Shown here piece after piece: positions 1-10,192 of a DNA stretch of 64,000 bases (its first letter is position 1; each line of letters begins with the position of its first letter). The DNA lies in contig JAKIZT010000004.1 of the NCBI GenBank assembly GCA_022707885.1, positions 103,697 through 167,696 of the forward strand. The letters run 5' to 3'. The translations under genes and the position numbers were made by a program. The notes under the pieces were generated by a model, which saw nothing but the letters and a program-made list of their open reading frames with translations, made no database searches and was not told the origin of the DNA. The stretch comes from Caldisericales bacterium (lineage in GTDB: Bacteria > Caldisericota > Caldisericia > JAAYUI01).

Positions 1-43
1 CGACTTTATACTGTTTTCCACCTGTTTTAACAATTGCGTACAT
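1..43 (-). CDS. rplU: 50S ribosomal protein L21, 5' fragment (runs off left edge)
   Basis: Reverse complement of 43..1 reads MYAIVKTGGKQYKV, the L21 N-terminus; GGAGG SD just upstream. Not in the ORF track. Confidence 0.9.
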   Translation of the reverse strand, partial: MYAIVKTGGKQYKV

Positions 44-122
44 GGGGTCCTCCATTTCAATAGTTCCAACTTAATAAGGCTATCTGATAGGTAATTCTTG
101 TCAAGAAAAAAGGTTTGACTAT

Positions 123-2594
123 TTACCAGTCGTCGGGATATTTTGGGCGTTGGCCAAAACAACTCAATCTGTGGTCTGTTGTTGCGACCAAAACACATAC
201 AAAACCATTATCAAAAACAGATGGCGATGCAACCACCGACCCTGTGAGTTTTTCAGACCAGAGTAGCTTGCCTGTTTTGGCATCAATCATGGAAAATATC
301 CCGGAATCAGAACCTGCGAAGATCATCTGTGATTGGGAGCAATTTATGAGTATGGGACTTGATCTCATTGATTCGTCAATCTTCAGGCTCCACTGGAGAC
401 TGTTCTTGAAAGAATATATCCAACCTTGTTTTCCTTCATAAATGACCCTGCAACCAGTCTGGTCAAGAATGGCTGATGAAGTAAGCTGGTGTTCGGTGTT
501 CTGTTTGAAAAAAACGTATGGCTTTTGCCCCCAGGCAAAAAAGTGCAAACCATAAAAATTGCCATCCTTTGCACCAGCCATAACTGTTGCTCCATCACAA
601 ACAGGGGTGGCTTCAATTGATGATCCAGTTTTGAATTCTGACAGTATTTGTCCCGTCGAACATTGCACGCACAGGATTCTGTTATTTGAAATGCCAACAT
701 ACAGCACTTTTTGCACTGGTTCCTGGTCGCTGTATCTTATAAATTGGTTGTAGTCTACAGTTGGTGCGCCATAAGACCATCCGCCAAGATCAATTGTCCA
801 CTTTACCACGGGCGTAAGAGACAAAGCGTTAAACATGTAGAGTTTTCTGTCTCCAGAACCTATTACAACACAACCGTAATGGTCGGTATCTGACTGAAAA
901 ACTGTTGGCGAACCATCAATTGGACCTGCTGTCTGGTATTCCCATATCGCTTGACCCGTGTCGGTGTCCAGACAATAGAACTTGCCATTCTGGTCGCCAA
1001 AAAACAGCCTTTCCATATAAATTGCCGGTGATGACCTTATTTTACCAGATGTTTTGAATTTCCATATCAGAGAACCGTCGCTCACAGCTATCTTGTACAT
1101 GCTGCCATCATCACAACCAACATAGGCATAGCCATTTTTTGAAAAACATGGCGTTGAATATACGGCCTCTTTCAATTCAACCTGCCACTGGAGAATAAAT
1201 GGGAATTTGTCAATGGGCTTAATGTCAATGGTTGATGTTCCATTATGTTTCTGGTCTCCCCGGAACATCGTCCAGACTTTTTTCTCCTGATAACCATAAA
1301 AAACCTGCTCTGGTGATTCCTGTGAAAAACTGAGGCAAGTACCCCATATTGATACTTCCTCGTCATCTTGAGACAACTGGTCTTCCCACACAACAAAATC
1401 ACCATAAATTCTGGGGTTCCTTTGATCACCTATGCCTTTTGCAACACAATATGTTTGCCCTGTATTTAAATTATATGCCATTATGTCAGAACCAAACCTG
1501 TCAGATCCCGTAACCACTTCATAAATAACATACTGCCCGTCCGCACAGACATTCCTGTAATTGCCTGGCTCCGTTGTTACCGTTATCATCTTGCTAGTCA
1601 ACACGTCATAACCTTTGATGATCGGCCTGGATACGCCAGCAAAATTGGGTTCAGTATCCTCATACCAGAAAACATACCGGTCAGCACCAATCACAAGGCC
1701 ATACTCTCTGTTCAGATTTGTAGAGATTGTAAGGGTCTTTTTCGTCGCTATGTTGTAACCGTAAATATCGGTCTGCCTCGAATCAGGGTTGTCCTGTGAA
1801 TTTCTGTTATCCAACCACATAACAACGTCTCTTACCATTTTGGGAGTGATTTGGTCGCCAAAATCATTACAGATCGGGATTATTTTTTTATTCGAGCAGT
1901 TAAAAAGCTGAACATCCCAGTCACCTCTTGAATTCTTTACGGTCATCGCAACAAAATTGCCAAAGAGTTCACCAGTTCCAGGGGTATCAAACTGTTTTAC
2001 GAGGAACTCCTCGCCACCATCGGATGGCAAACCATAAATGGCGAACAACATCGGATCTTCTTTACCCTTGGGAACATCCCTCCAGTCCCTCCAGACAACA
2101 AAGTTTTCTGAAATCTGCGGATTGTCCTGCTTGTTTTTTTCCTTGCACACATAATCAGTAGCACCCTTCTTGAAATCAAAAATCTTTATGTCATAGTTGT
2201 CGGTCCTCAGCCTGTCAGTGTTCTCCGCCCAGACAAGCTTGTTTCTGTACTGTGCCCTGGCCCCGGATTTTTTTGCATAATTTGGTGTTGCTTTTTCTTC
2301 CCCACGGGCCAGATCCATCATGTAGATGCGTGGCATTATTTTGCCTTCACGGTCATGCAACCTGGTATCTAGCCAACTCATATAACCACCGTGCAGCAAG
2401 GGGGCATTTTGGGTATGCTCGTAGTTGGTGAGTTTTTTGGGTTGAAAATTTGAATATATCATCCTCTTCATAATTCCAGCATTAGAGTTTGGTATTATCC
2501 AGAAATCATGAGGAGAAATTAAAATTGCCATCAAAAAGAAAATGAGCCAGCACAAGGCCGGCCTGTTACTTAAATAGCGATTACAGGATGGCAT
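123..2594 (-). CDS. Secreted tandem beta-propeller protein: Methanosarcina-type surface propeller repeats + C-terminal PQQ/BamB-like propeller
   Basis: N-terminal hydrophobic segment; repeats like QDNPQISENFVVWRD, DQITPKMVRDVVMWLDNRN, DQRNPRIYGDFVVWED; then WKFKTSGKIRSSPAI / WEYQTAGPIDGSPTV PQQ-type blades. Start codon uncertain. Confidence 0.75.
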   Translation of the reverse strand: MPSCNRYLSNRPALCWLIFFLMAILISPHDFWIIPNSNAGIMKRMIYSNFQPKKLTNYEHTQNAPLLHGGYMSWLDTRLHDREGKIMPRIYMMDLARGEEKATPNYAKKSGARAQYRNKLVWAENTDRLRTDNYDIKIFDFKKGATDYVCKEKNKQDNPQISENFVVWRDWRDVPKGKEDPMLFAIYGLPSDGGEEFLVKQFDTPGTGELFGNFVAMTVKNSRGDWDVQLFNCSNKKIIPICNDFGDQITPKMVRDVVMWLDNRNSQDNPDSRQTDIYGYNIATKKTLTISTNLNREYGLVIGADRYVFWYEDTEPNFAGVSRPIIKGYDVLTSKMITVTTEPGNYRNVCADGQYVIYEVVTGSDRFGSDIMAYNLNTGQTYCVAKGIGDQRNPRIYGDFVVWEDQLSQDDEEVSIWGTCLSFSQESPEQVFYGYQEKKVWTMFRGDQKHNGTSTIDIKPIDKFPFILQWQVELKEAVYSTPCFSKNGYAYVGCDDGSMYKIAVSDGSLIWKFKTSGKIRSSPAIYMERLFFGDQNGKFYCLDTDTGQAIWEYQTAGPIDGSPTVFQSDTDHYGCVVIGSGDRKLYMFNALSLTPVVKWTIDLGGWSYGAPTVDYNQFIRYSDQEPVQKVLYVGISNNRILCVQCSTGQILSEFKTGSSIEATPVCDGATVMAGAKDGNFYGLHFFAWGQKPYVFFKQNTEHQLTSSAILDQTGCRVIYEGKQGWIYSFKNSLQWSLKIDESMRSSPILINCSQSQMIFAGSDSGIFSMIDAKTGKLLWSEKLTGSVVASPSVFDNGFVCVLVATTDHRLSCFGQRPKYPDDW

Positions 2595-2648
2595 TTAACT
2601 ACCAATTTTAGATGCTGGAGTTCAATAATGCAATAGCTCCAATGTTTC

Positions 2649-4142
2649 TTAGACTTTTGCTTTTTTCCAGCTGCCTTTTCGAACCAGAAAAGTGTTAACA
2701 GCTGTAGACATGATTGCAGAAAATATTCCAATATAGAATATCCATACATAACCCTGATCAAAAACTTTTACCGCCAGATAAACAAGAAGAATATTGAATA
2801 GCCAGTTGTTCACCTGACCAAGTATCGATGGCCACATTGTATATCCTGATCCTTCAAATACCGCCCACAACATCCACTGTGCGGCATTTATCATATTCCC
2901 AATCATAGAAAGTGCAAAAACACTCTTTCCAACTGCAATTACTGCGGGATCTTTATTGAATACCCAGAAGATCTGCGGGGCGAAAAAATACCCGACAACA
3001 ACCATTACAAAACCAAGGCAAACCCCTATTAGCACAGAATACCAGCCAGTCTTTTCCGATCTTTCCGGCTTTTTTGCGCCAAGGTTCTGGCCAACCAGGG
3101 CGGAAGTCGCCTGCTGGAGACCAAGCAATGGAAGATTTACGAGTCCTGCAACTTTTCCACCTATTCCAAAAGCGGTAACCACACTCTGGCCAAAATTTGA
3201 AATAAGGTTCATGAAAATTATCTGCGAGCTTGAACCAACAAACTGTGTAATAGTAGGTGTAAAACCAATCCTTAGATAATTAATCAATATCTGGAGGTCT
3301 GGTTTGAATAATCTCCCAAAAACAATTTTTATTCCACCTTTTTCAAAATGGAACTTCCAATATGGTATCCTGATCAAATATTTGTAGTAATCACCTTTCC
3401 TGTACGGCAACGCGAGGAATGTAAATCTCGATATTTTGAATTTTAAGCCATTGCAAAGCATATATAGCCCAATTACAACGGCATAGATATACGCAAGAAC
3501 TGTTGCCAGTGCAGCACCAACAATCCCCATTTTGGGTATCGGGCCAAAACCATGAATAAAAAAGGGATCGATTACGATGTTGACAAGGGAAGATGTGGCA
3601 ATAACAAACATACTTGATTCAGCATCAGAACAACATCTGAAAATCGTATTTATCGTGTAATAGACGAAGATTAATGGCAACGCAGCTACAATAAACCACC
3701 CATACAACAAGGCCAAATCAAAGGTACTATAAGTGCAACCTACAACAAGATCAGTTCGTGCACCAGCAAATCTCACCAGATACGGAAGAGTAAACAGGCT
3801 TATAATCGTACCGGCCAAACCAGCCAAAAATTTATAAAGGATTGTTTGTTCAGAAGCCCATGCAGCCTTTTCATAGTCCCTGGCTCCCCAGAACCTCGAA
3901 ATAACCGTTATAGATCCGGGACCAAAAATCGAATTCAGCATCTGCATGAACGAATTGGCGACGTTAAAAAAGAGTATCCCTGCCTGGGCCTGTGTGGCCA
4001 ACACTCCACCAAGAGTGCCTATCCAGAACATGTCTACTACATCATAAAGGTTTTCGAAGAGCCTCCCAAGTGCACCTGGCCATGACAATTTTATCAGGTT
4101 TTTGAAGATACTGCCTTCGGTGAGGTCGTGGCTTGGGTCCAT
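2649..4142 (-). CDS. MATE family efflux transporter
   Basis: DLTEGSIFKNLIKLSWP start, NIVIDPFFIHGFGPIPKMGIVGAALAT motif, GQNLGAKK, about 12 TM segments. Confidence 0.92.
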   Translation of the reverse strand: MDPSHDLTEGSIFKNLIKLSWPGALGRLFENLYDVVDMFWIGTLGGVLATQAQAGILFFNVANSFMQMLNSIFGPGSITVISRFWGARDYEKAAWASEQTILYKFLAGLAGTIISLFTLPYLVRFAGARTDLVVGCTYSTFDLALLYGWFIVAALPLIFVYYTINTIFRCCSDAESSMFVIATSSLVNIVIDPFFIHGFGPIPKMGIVGAALATVLAYIYAVVIGLYMLCNGLKFKISRFTFLALPYRKGDYYKYLIRIPYWKFHFEKGGIKIVFGRLFKPDLQILINYLRIGFTPTITQFVGSSSQIIFMNLISNFGQSVVTAFGIGGKVAGLVNLPLLGLQQATSALVGQNLGAKKPERSEKTGWYSVLIGVCLGFVMVVVGYFFAPQIFWVFNKDPAVIAVGKSVFALSMIGNMINAAQWMLWAVFEGSGYTMWPSILGQVNNWLFNILLVYLAVKVFDQGYVWIFYIGIFSAIMSTAVNTFLVRKGSWKKAKV

Positions 4143-4274
4143 AATAGAGAGAAATTTTATGCAGTTTGGGCGATGCTAGCAAGGAACCCGAAAAAGGTAA
4201 TGTTAAAAGAGTGTTTTCAGTTTGTGATTTTTTCATGTCTGGATTAGAGAAGAATGTTTCTATATAATGAAATT

Positions 4275-4628
4275 GTGCATGAACTTGGTATAGCAAGAAA
4301 CGTTCTCGAAATAATAATAGGCGAAGCCGACCAGAGAGGTGGCAGGGCAAAATCTGTCCTTTTGAGGGTTGGACAGATATCCGGTATTGTCCCCGAATCA
4401 CTCGAGTTTCTCATAAAATGCCTTTCTGAAGGAACTCCGGCGGAGGGCCTCGAGGTAAAAATCGATATCGTCAAACCAGTGATGGTTTGCAAGTCATGCG
4501 GCGAGAAATTCACCGTAGAGGAGCTCTCATTCTATTGCCCCAAATGCGGGGGTGGCGACTGTGAAACTATCGAGGGCAAAGATCTCGTTATAGAAACAAT
4601 TACACTGGAGGGCGACAATGGATCTTGA
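4275..4628 (+). CDS. hypA: Hydrogenase maturation nickel metallochaperone HypA
   Basis: GTG-start (M)HELGIA, LRVGQISGIVPESLEF, CKSC and CPKC zinc motifs, IEGKDLVIETI. ORF track starts at 4254. Confidence 0.93.
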   Translation: MHELGIARNVLEIIIGEADQRGGRAKSVLLRVGQISGIVPESLEFLIKCLSEGTPAEGLEVKIDIVKPVMVCKSCGEKFTVEELSFYCPKCGGGDCETIEGKDLVIETITLEGDNGS

Positions 4629-5301
4629 ACTATCAAGAAAAGTTGACTTCAGGCATGAAGAAATAGCTTCAAGGATAAAAGAAAAGCTCTATAAAAATGG
4701 CACTCTCTGCCTCAATTTCATAAGTTCTCCTGGTTCAGGAAAGACCTCACTGCTTGAGAGAACGCTCGATGCACTCAAGGAAACATACAATCTGGCAGTC
4801 ATCGAGGGTGATCCTGAGACAGACAGGGACGCAAGAAGGTTGGAAAAACTCCATGTACCGGTAATACTGATCAATACATCCGGAACCGGAGCATCCTGTC
4901 ACCTTTCCCCAGCCGAAATTGAGCAGGCAGTAGATGATCTCCTCCTTGAAACACCACCACCAGACATAATTTTTATCGAGAATGTAGGAAACCTTGTCTG
5001 TCCTGCCGCCTACGATCTCGGAGAACACCACAAAGTTTTGTTGTTTTCAGTGCCGGAAGGCTGTGACAAACCGGCAAAATACCCGGTGGCCTTCAGGGAA
5101 TCTGACCTTGTGCTCATAAACAAGATGGATCTTGCCCCATACTGCGACTTTGATCTTGAATCCTTGAAGAAAGATGCCCTGTCTGTTAATCCGTCTCTGG
5201 AATTCATTACAATGTCGATAAAAAAGGGCGACGGCCTTTTGGAATGGTTTTCATGGATTGAGAAAAAACTTGCTGAGGTAAGAAAACAAGCCAGCAAATA
5301 A
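4618..5301 (+). CDS. hypB: Hydrogenase nickel incorporation GTPase HypB
   Basis: SSPGSGKTSLLE P-loop, AVIEGD, CHL, ENVGNLVCPAAYDLGE, NKMDL; overlaps hypA. Confidence 0.96.
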   Translation: MDLELSRKVDFRHEEIASRIKEKLYKNGTLCLNFISSPGSGKTSLLERTLDALKETYNLAVIEGDPETDRDARRLEKLHVPVILINTSGTGASCHLSPAEIEQAVDDLLLETPPPDIIFIENVGNLVCPAAYDLGEHHKVLLFSVPEGCDKPAKYPVAFRESDLVLINKMDLAPYCDFDLESLKKDALSVNPSLEFITMSIKKGDGLLEWFSWIEKKLAEVRKQASK

Positions 5302-5328
5302 AAAAGGCTCCTTAAAAGGAGCCTTTTT
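5301..5328. terminator. Bidirectional intrinsic terminator between hypB and hutU
   Basis: AAAAAGGCTCCT-TAAA-AGGAGCCTTTTT inverted repeat between convergent genes. Confidence 0.85.
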
Positions 5329-5345
5329 TATAGACTAATCTTTTA

Positions 5346-7043
5346 TCAGGCTTCCCACATAGGTATCCTGACACCCTTTTTCTTTGCTACCTCGATTGCT
5401 TCTTCGTACCCGGCATCAACATGCCTGATTACACCCATCCCAGGATCAGCAGTCAAAACTCTGTTCAATCTCTTTGCGGCGGCATCAGTTCCATCAGCGA
5501 CAGTCACCTGCCCGGCATGGACAGAGAAACCTATACCAACACCTCCACCGCCATGAACAGAAACCCATGAGGCACCGCAGGACGTGCTTGTCAATGCGTT
5601 GAGGATTGCCCAGTCGGCGATTGCATCGCTGCCATCCTTCATTCCCTCAGTTTCTCTGTTCGGAGAGGCTACCGAGCCACAATCCAGATGGTCCCTTCCA
5701 AAAACTATCGGGGCCGAGATGGTGCCTTTTTTAACCATCTCGTTGACTGCAACACCAAACCTGTTTCTCTCCCCATATCCAAGCCAGCATATTCTTGAAG
5801 GGAGACCGGGGATGTTTTTGAAATTGAGCTTTTCCCTGACCATTTTTATCCATCTGGCAAGTGACTTGTCATCTTTGTACATATCAAGAACGAGCTCATC
5901 CGTCCTATAGATGTCTTCAGGGTCTCCTGAAAGCGCGGCCCACCTGAACGGGCCCTTGCCTTCACAAAATAACGGCCTGATATAGGCTGGGACAAAACCT
6001 TTAAAAGAAAAAGCTTTTTCATATGCAAGGCCAGCTTTTACAGCCTGCTGTCTTATGTTGTTTCCATAATCGAAAGTTATCGATCCCATTTTCATGAGAT
6101 CAGTCATTGCCTCAACATGCTTTCTGGCGGTCTGGTAGGAAAGCTCAAGATATTTCTTCGGATCGGAAGCTCTCAGCTTTAATGCTTCGCTGTAAGGCAT
6201 GCCATTCGGTACATATCCTCCAAGCATATCATGTGCAGAAGTCTGGTCTGTAAGCACTTCTGGGATAAAATTTCTTTTGACGAATTCAGGCAGGACATCG
6301 GCACAATTTGCAACAAGACCAATGGAAACAGCCTTTCTTTCTTCCTTTGCCTTTTTGGCCATTGCAACAGCCTCATCAAGACTGTTGGTCTTGCAGTCAA
6401 GGTAACCTTCACTGATGCGCTGGTCTATCATCCCCTCGTCAACATCAACAATGAGGCAGACGCCCTCGTTCATAGTAACAGCAAGCGGCTGGGCGCCACC
6501 CATCTGTCCGCATCCACCAGTCACCGTTATTGTACCTTTGAGTGTCCCACCAAAATGTTTCTCGGCAACGGCAGCAAGAGTATTATAAGTACCCTGCAGT
6601 ATTCCCTGGGTACCTATGTAAATCCACGAGCCTGCGGTCATCTGGCCGTACATCATCAGACCTTTTCTTTCAAGCTCGTCAAATTTTTCCTGTGTGCTCC
6701 AGAATGGAACAATCATCGAATTGGAGATGAGAACTCTTGGTACATCCTCATGTGTTTTGAATATGCCAACCGGCTTTCCGGACTGGACAAGCAATGTTTC
6801 ATCATTCTCAAGGCGCATGAGGGCCTCTACGATTGCGTCGTAGGCCTGCCAGCCCCTTGCCGCCCTTCCGGTCCCGCCATAGACAATGAGCTCTCTCCAC
6901 TTTGTGGTCTGTTCCAGGTTGTTCTGGAGCATCCTCAATGCAGCTTCCTGGATCCAGCCCTTACATACAAGCTCTTTTCCCCTTCTTGCCTTTATTTGTT
7001 CGGCGGGTGCGTCTTTTTCGTAGGAAATATTATATTGCGGCAT
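5346..7043 (-). CDS. hutU: Urocanate hydratase
   Basis: [65 protein letters not shown]. Start placed at MPQY (track 7067). Confidence 0.97.
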   Translation of the reverse strand: MPQYNISYEKDAPAEQIKARRGKELVCKGWIQEAALRMLQNNLEQTTKWRELIVYGGTGRAARGWQAYDAIVEALMRLENDETLLVQSGKPVGIFKTHEDVPRVLISNSMIVPFWSTQEKFDELERKGLMMYGQMTAGSWIYIGTQGILQGTYNTLAAVAEKHFGGTLKGTITVTGGCGQMGGAQPLAVTMNEGVCLIVDVDEGMIDQRISEGYLDCKTNSLDEAVAMAKKAKEERKAVSIGLVANCADVLPEFVKRNFIPEVLTDQTSAHDMLGGYVPNGMPYSEALKLRASDPKKYLELSYQTARKHVEAMTDLMKMGSITFDYGNNIRQQAVKAGLAYEKAFSFKGFVPAYIRPLFCEGKGPFRWAALSGDPEDIYRTDELVLDMYKDDKSLARWIKMVREKLNFKNIPGLPSRICWLGYGERNRFGVAVNEMVKKGTISAPIVFGRDHLDCGSVASPNRETEGMKDGSDAIADWAILNALTSTSCGASWVSVHGGGGVGIGFSVHAGQVTVADGTDAAAKRLNRVLTADPGMGVIRHVDAGYEEAIEVAKKKGVRIPMWEA

Positions 7044-7045
7044 TA

Positions 7046-8365
7046 TTAAATCACCTTCTTTTTGCATACATAAGCAAAATCGCTTTGAGTGAATTCAATT
7101 TTTGTGTTACCAAGGACAATGATGTCACCATTTTTCAGCAATACCGGGCCACTGATTTTTTTGTCATTTACAAATGTGCCGGAATCGGATTTCAGGTCGA
7201 CGATAACAAAACCATCTCCAGTTTCACTTATTCTGGCATGTTCAGGTGAGACAGTCTCATCATCAATCATGAAGTCGGCATCTTTTTTTGTTCCAAGCAC
7301 AACCGAGCTGTTTCTGATCCTGTAATGCTCAGTGTCTGATCCATAGAGGTTTATCCACGCTATGTAGTGGACTTCACCTTCCTTGCGCTTCTTGACGACC
7401 TTTTCCCCGGGTTTGACTTTGTGTCTCAGTGCCCACATCAAAACAAAGACCAGCGCAAAAACAAGCAGGATGCCAAGCAAGACCCACACCCAGAGGAGAT
7501 TGACAGAACCCTTTATTTCAACCTGTTTTTTCTGTTCAAGAACATCTGGGCCGACAATGCATTTCAGGGTCAAGTCAACCATCGAGCCGGGTTTTGCTTC
7601 CGGCAGACTCCTGAAAGTTACAAGGTATGAATTCCCAAGGTCACCCCTGATCTGTCCAATAAAAGGAACGATTTTCACCGTGTCAAAATCCGGGAGAAAG
7701 AGACCATTTGTCTGCTGGGCGAGGTTTCTCAGATAAACAATGTCGATCCCACCAGCGGGAGCAACGGTCACAACTGGAAAATCCGGCTTTGTTGGCTTGT
7801 TGATGCTTTCAATGTCATTCCCGTCAGATATGAGAAAAATTATCCCCTTCTCTGAATCAGGCCTTGAGTGCAACAGGTCATTGCATTCAATTATTGCATC
7901 ATTGATTCTGCTTATCTGCCCTTGAGCTTTCAGTTTACCCATCTGCAAGGCAGCCTCAGCCGGATTGCTGGAGAATTTTATTAGTGGCTCAATGTTTTCT
8001 GCAAAAGCCACAAGTGAAAAAGTATCATTTTTCGTGAACAGACCAGCTATTTTTGATAGCTGAGTCTGCATGGCCGGGAAGTTGTAATCAAGAGAACCCG
8101 AAATATCAACACAGAACATGACATTTATTCTTGGCCCTTCAGATTCAAACGCTCTGGTTTCCGAAGACGAATAAACCTGGTTGTCATACTGGAGGCTGAA
8201 TGCTGGTTGTTGCTGGTCCAGATTAAAAACTGTGCATTTGATATTAACAGAGGGCCATGAAGATGTATCAACCGAGTCGATAACAAGGCTGGGTTTGGCA
8301 AGGGCGGAAGGAATTGTGGCAAGAAGTGCCACAAATAGGCAAACCGCCAGAATTTTTTTCATCAA
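7046..8365 (-). CDS. Single-pass membrane protein: exported vWA domain + cytoplasmic FHA domain
   Basis: Signal peptide; MIDAS DISGS...LISDG; [26 protein letters not shown]; FHA-like C-terminus ([29 protein letters not shown]). Confidence 0.85.
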   Translation of the reverse strand: MMKKILAVCLFVALLATIPSALAKPSLVIDSVDTSSWPSVNIKCTVFNLDQQQPAFSLQYDNQVYSSSETRAFESEGPRINVMFCVDISGSLDYNFPAMQTQLSKIAGLFTKNDTFSLVAFAENIEPLIKFSSNPAEAALQMGKLKAQGQISRINDAIIECNDLLHSRPDSEKGIIFLISDGNDIESINKPTKPDFPVVTVAPAGGIDIVYLRNLAQQTNGLFLPDFDTVKIVPFIGQIRGDLGNSYLVTFRSLPEAKPGSMVDLTLKCIVGPDVLEQKKQVEIKGSVNLLWVWVLLGILLVFALVFVLMWALRHKVKPGEKVVKKRKEGEVHYIAWINLYGSDTEHYRIRNSSVVLGTKKDADFMIDDETVSPEHARISETGDGFVIVDLKSDSGTFVNDKKISGPVLLKNGDIIVLGNTKIEFTQSDFAYVCKKKVI

Positions 8366-9561
8366 TCCCTCCTGACCAGCCTCACATATCTTCTCTTGCC
8401 AACTTTTATCAGAACGGGTTTTTTGGGTTCATGTATTTCTTTTGTGGGGTCATCGACCAGCTCTTCATCAAACTTGACTGCGTTTGACTGCACCAGCCTT
8501 CTGGCTTCAGAGGTTGAGGGAACAAGCTCAAGTTTTGTCAAAAGCTTTGCAATCTGTATCGGGTAATCATCGCGTTCAAGCGCCACATCCGGGATATCGG
8601 AAGGCAGGGAATGTTCAGAGAAGACCCTCAAAAATTCTTCCCTGCAGGATTTCCCGGCACCTTCACCATGCCAGATATCAACAACTTTTTCAGCCATCAT
8701 CAATTTTATGTCTCTGGGATTGACAACACCACCTTCAAAATCTTTTGTCGCCTGCTGTATTATGGAAGGATCGGCAAATGCGGCATACTGAAAATAATTG
8801 ATTATAAGGCTGTCCGGAATGCTCATCAGCTTGCCAAACATGTTCGTGGGCTCATCAAGCAGATCAACCGTGTTTCCGATAGATTTGCTCATTTTTATCA
8901 CGCCATCAGTGCCGGGCAATATTGGCATGGTCATCATAACCTGAGGCTCCATGCCCATTTCTTTCTGAAGTTCCCTCGCGGCCAGGAAATTGAATTTCTG
9001 GTCCGTACCACCAATTTCCACATCTGCCTTTATTGCCACAGAATCAAACGCCTGGAAAACAACATACAACAGTTCGTGGAGATATATCGGCGCTTCGGCT
9101 TTCATTCTTTTTGTAAAATCATCACGTTCCAGAACCCTGGCAACAGTGAATTTTGCAAGGAGTTTTACTATGTCCCTTCCTTCAAGCTTGCTAAGCCACT
9201 CGGAGTTAAACCTGACCATTCCACTCTGTGGTTCAAGAACTCTGATCACTTGATCAATATACGTCCTTGCACTGTCTTTTATCTGTTCTTCAGAAAGAGG
9301 CTTCCTGGTTTCTTTGCGACCGGATGGATCGCCTATCATTGCTGTGTAATCACCGATGACAAAAATAACCTTGTGTCCCATGTCCTGGAACTGACGAAGC
9401 TTTTTTAGTACTACAGCATGTCCAAGGTGAAGATGTGGAGCAGTTGGATCAGCTCCAAGCTTGATTATGAGGGGTCTGCCAAGTTTAAGCTTTTGCTCAA
9501 GGCCGTCTTCGGGGATAATCTCGGCACAACCATATTTCAACAACTCCAGTTCTCTAGTCAT
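8362..9561 (-). CDS. tyrS: Tyrosine--tRNA ligase
   Basis: GADPTAPHLHLGH, GGTDQKFN, KMSKS, C-terminal S4 domain (IKVGKRRY). Confidence 0.97.
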   Translation of the reverse strand: MTRELELLKYGCAEIIPEDGLEQKLKLGRPLIIKLGADPTAPHLHLGHAVVLKKLRQFQDMGHKVIFVIGDYTAMIGDPSGRKETRKPLSEEQIKDSARTYIDQVIRVLEPQSGMVRFNSEWLSKLEGRDIVKLLAKFTVARVLERDDFTKRMKAEAPIYLHELLYVVFQAFDSVAIKADVEIGGTDQKFNFLAARELQKEMGMEPQVMMTMPILPGTDGVIKMSKSIGNTVDLLDEPTNMFGKLMSIPDSLIINYFQYAAFADPSIIQQATKDFEGGVVNPRDIKLMMAEKVVDIWHGEGAGKSCREEFLRVFSEHSLPSDIPDVALERDDYPIQIAKLLTKLELVPSTSEARRLVQSNAVKFDEELVDDPTKEIHEPKKPVLIKVGKRRYVRLVRRD

Positions 9562-10192
9562 AGTTCACCCATGTATATGAGAATGTGGCGATGCCGATCA
9601 GGTAGAGAAACGATGACCCGGACACCGCAGAGTTCCCCTGGCCAAAAAGAAGCATGAGGGAACCTAAAACAATAAAAGAAAAAGAAACTGAGCTATAAGC
9701 CTCGTATAGTTTGACCCTTGAATTTATAAAACCAAGCAAAAACGAGAGAAAAATCCCTGTCGAGGCAAATGAATTTAGAATTAGAAAAACATTGTTTATC
9801 AAACTACTGCCAATCACAATATCAGTTGACGAGGGAACAAGAAAAGTAAGTCCAGACAAAAATGGTATTACAAAAATAACAGCTGATGTGGCCCTTTTTG
9901 AGGAAGAAGGGTTGGAGTTGTCAAACGCCATCGCATGGATAATACCGATACTGAAGCTGGCAAGAGCCACGAAACCTACAATCATGTAAGCATCGTGCTT
10001 TGTGATTGCCCAAAGCAGAAACATGATGGAGCCAAACAGCAAATTACAAAAAGCGAGAAACCATGCAAAAATGGCAAAATCATTCCTCCTGTAGAAATAC
10101 TTTCTGAGACAATCCTGGGCAAGGAAGACGGCAAAAATTGAGGTTACCGCAAAACATACTGCTGTCAGGAGAGTATACGAGAGTTGATTCAT
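9554..10192 (-). CDS. Uncharacterised polytopic membrane protein (about 6-7 TM)
   Basis: 212 aa, almost entirely hydrophobic helices; overlaps both neighbours. Confidence 0.7.
   Translation of the reverse strand: MNQLSYTLLTAVCFAVTSIFAVFLAQDCLRKYFYRRNDFAIFAWFLAFCNLLFGSIMFLLWAITKHDAYMIVGFVALASFSIGIIHAMAFDNSNPSSSKRATSAVIFVIPFLSGLTFLVPSSTDIVIGSSLINNVFLILNSFASTGIFLSFLLGFINSRVKLYEAYSSVSFSFIVLGSLMLLFGQGNSAVSGSSFLYLIGIATFSYTWVNYD

Noticed and set aside
6231-7049. 272-aa ORF on the + strand
   Set aside because: Antisense shadow of hutU; no motifs or SD.
8611-9408. 265-aa ORF on the + strand
   Set aside because: Antisense shadow of tyrS.
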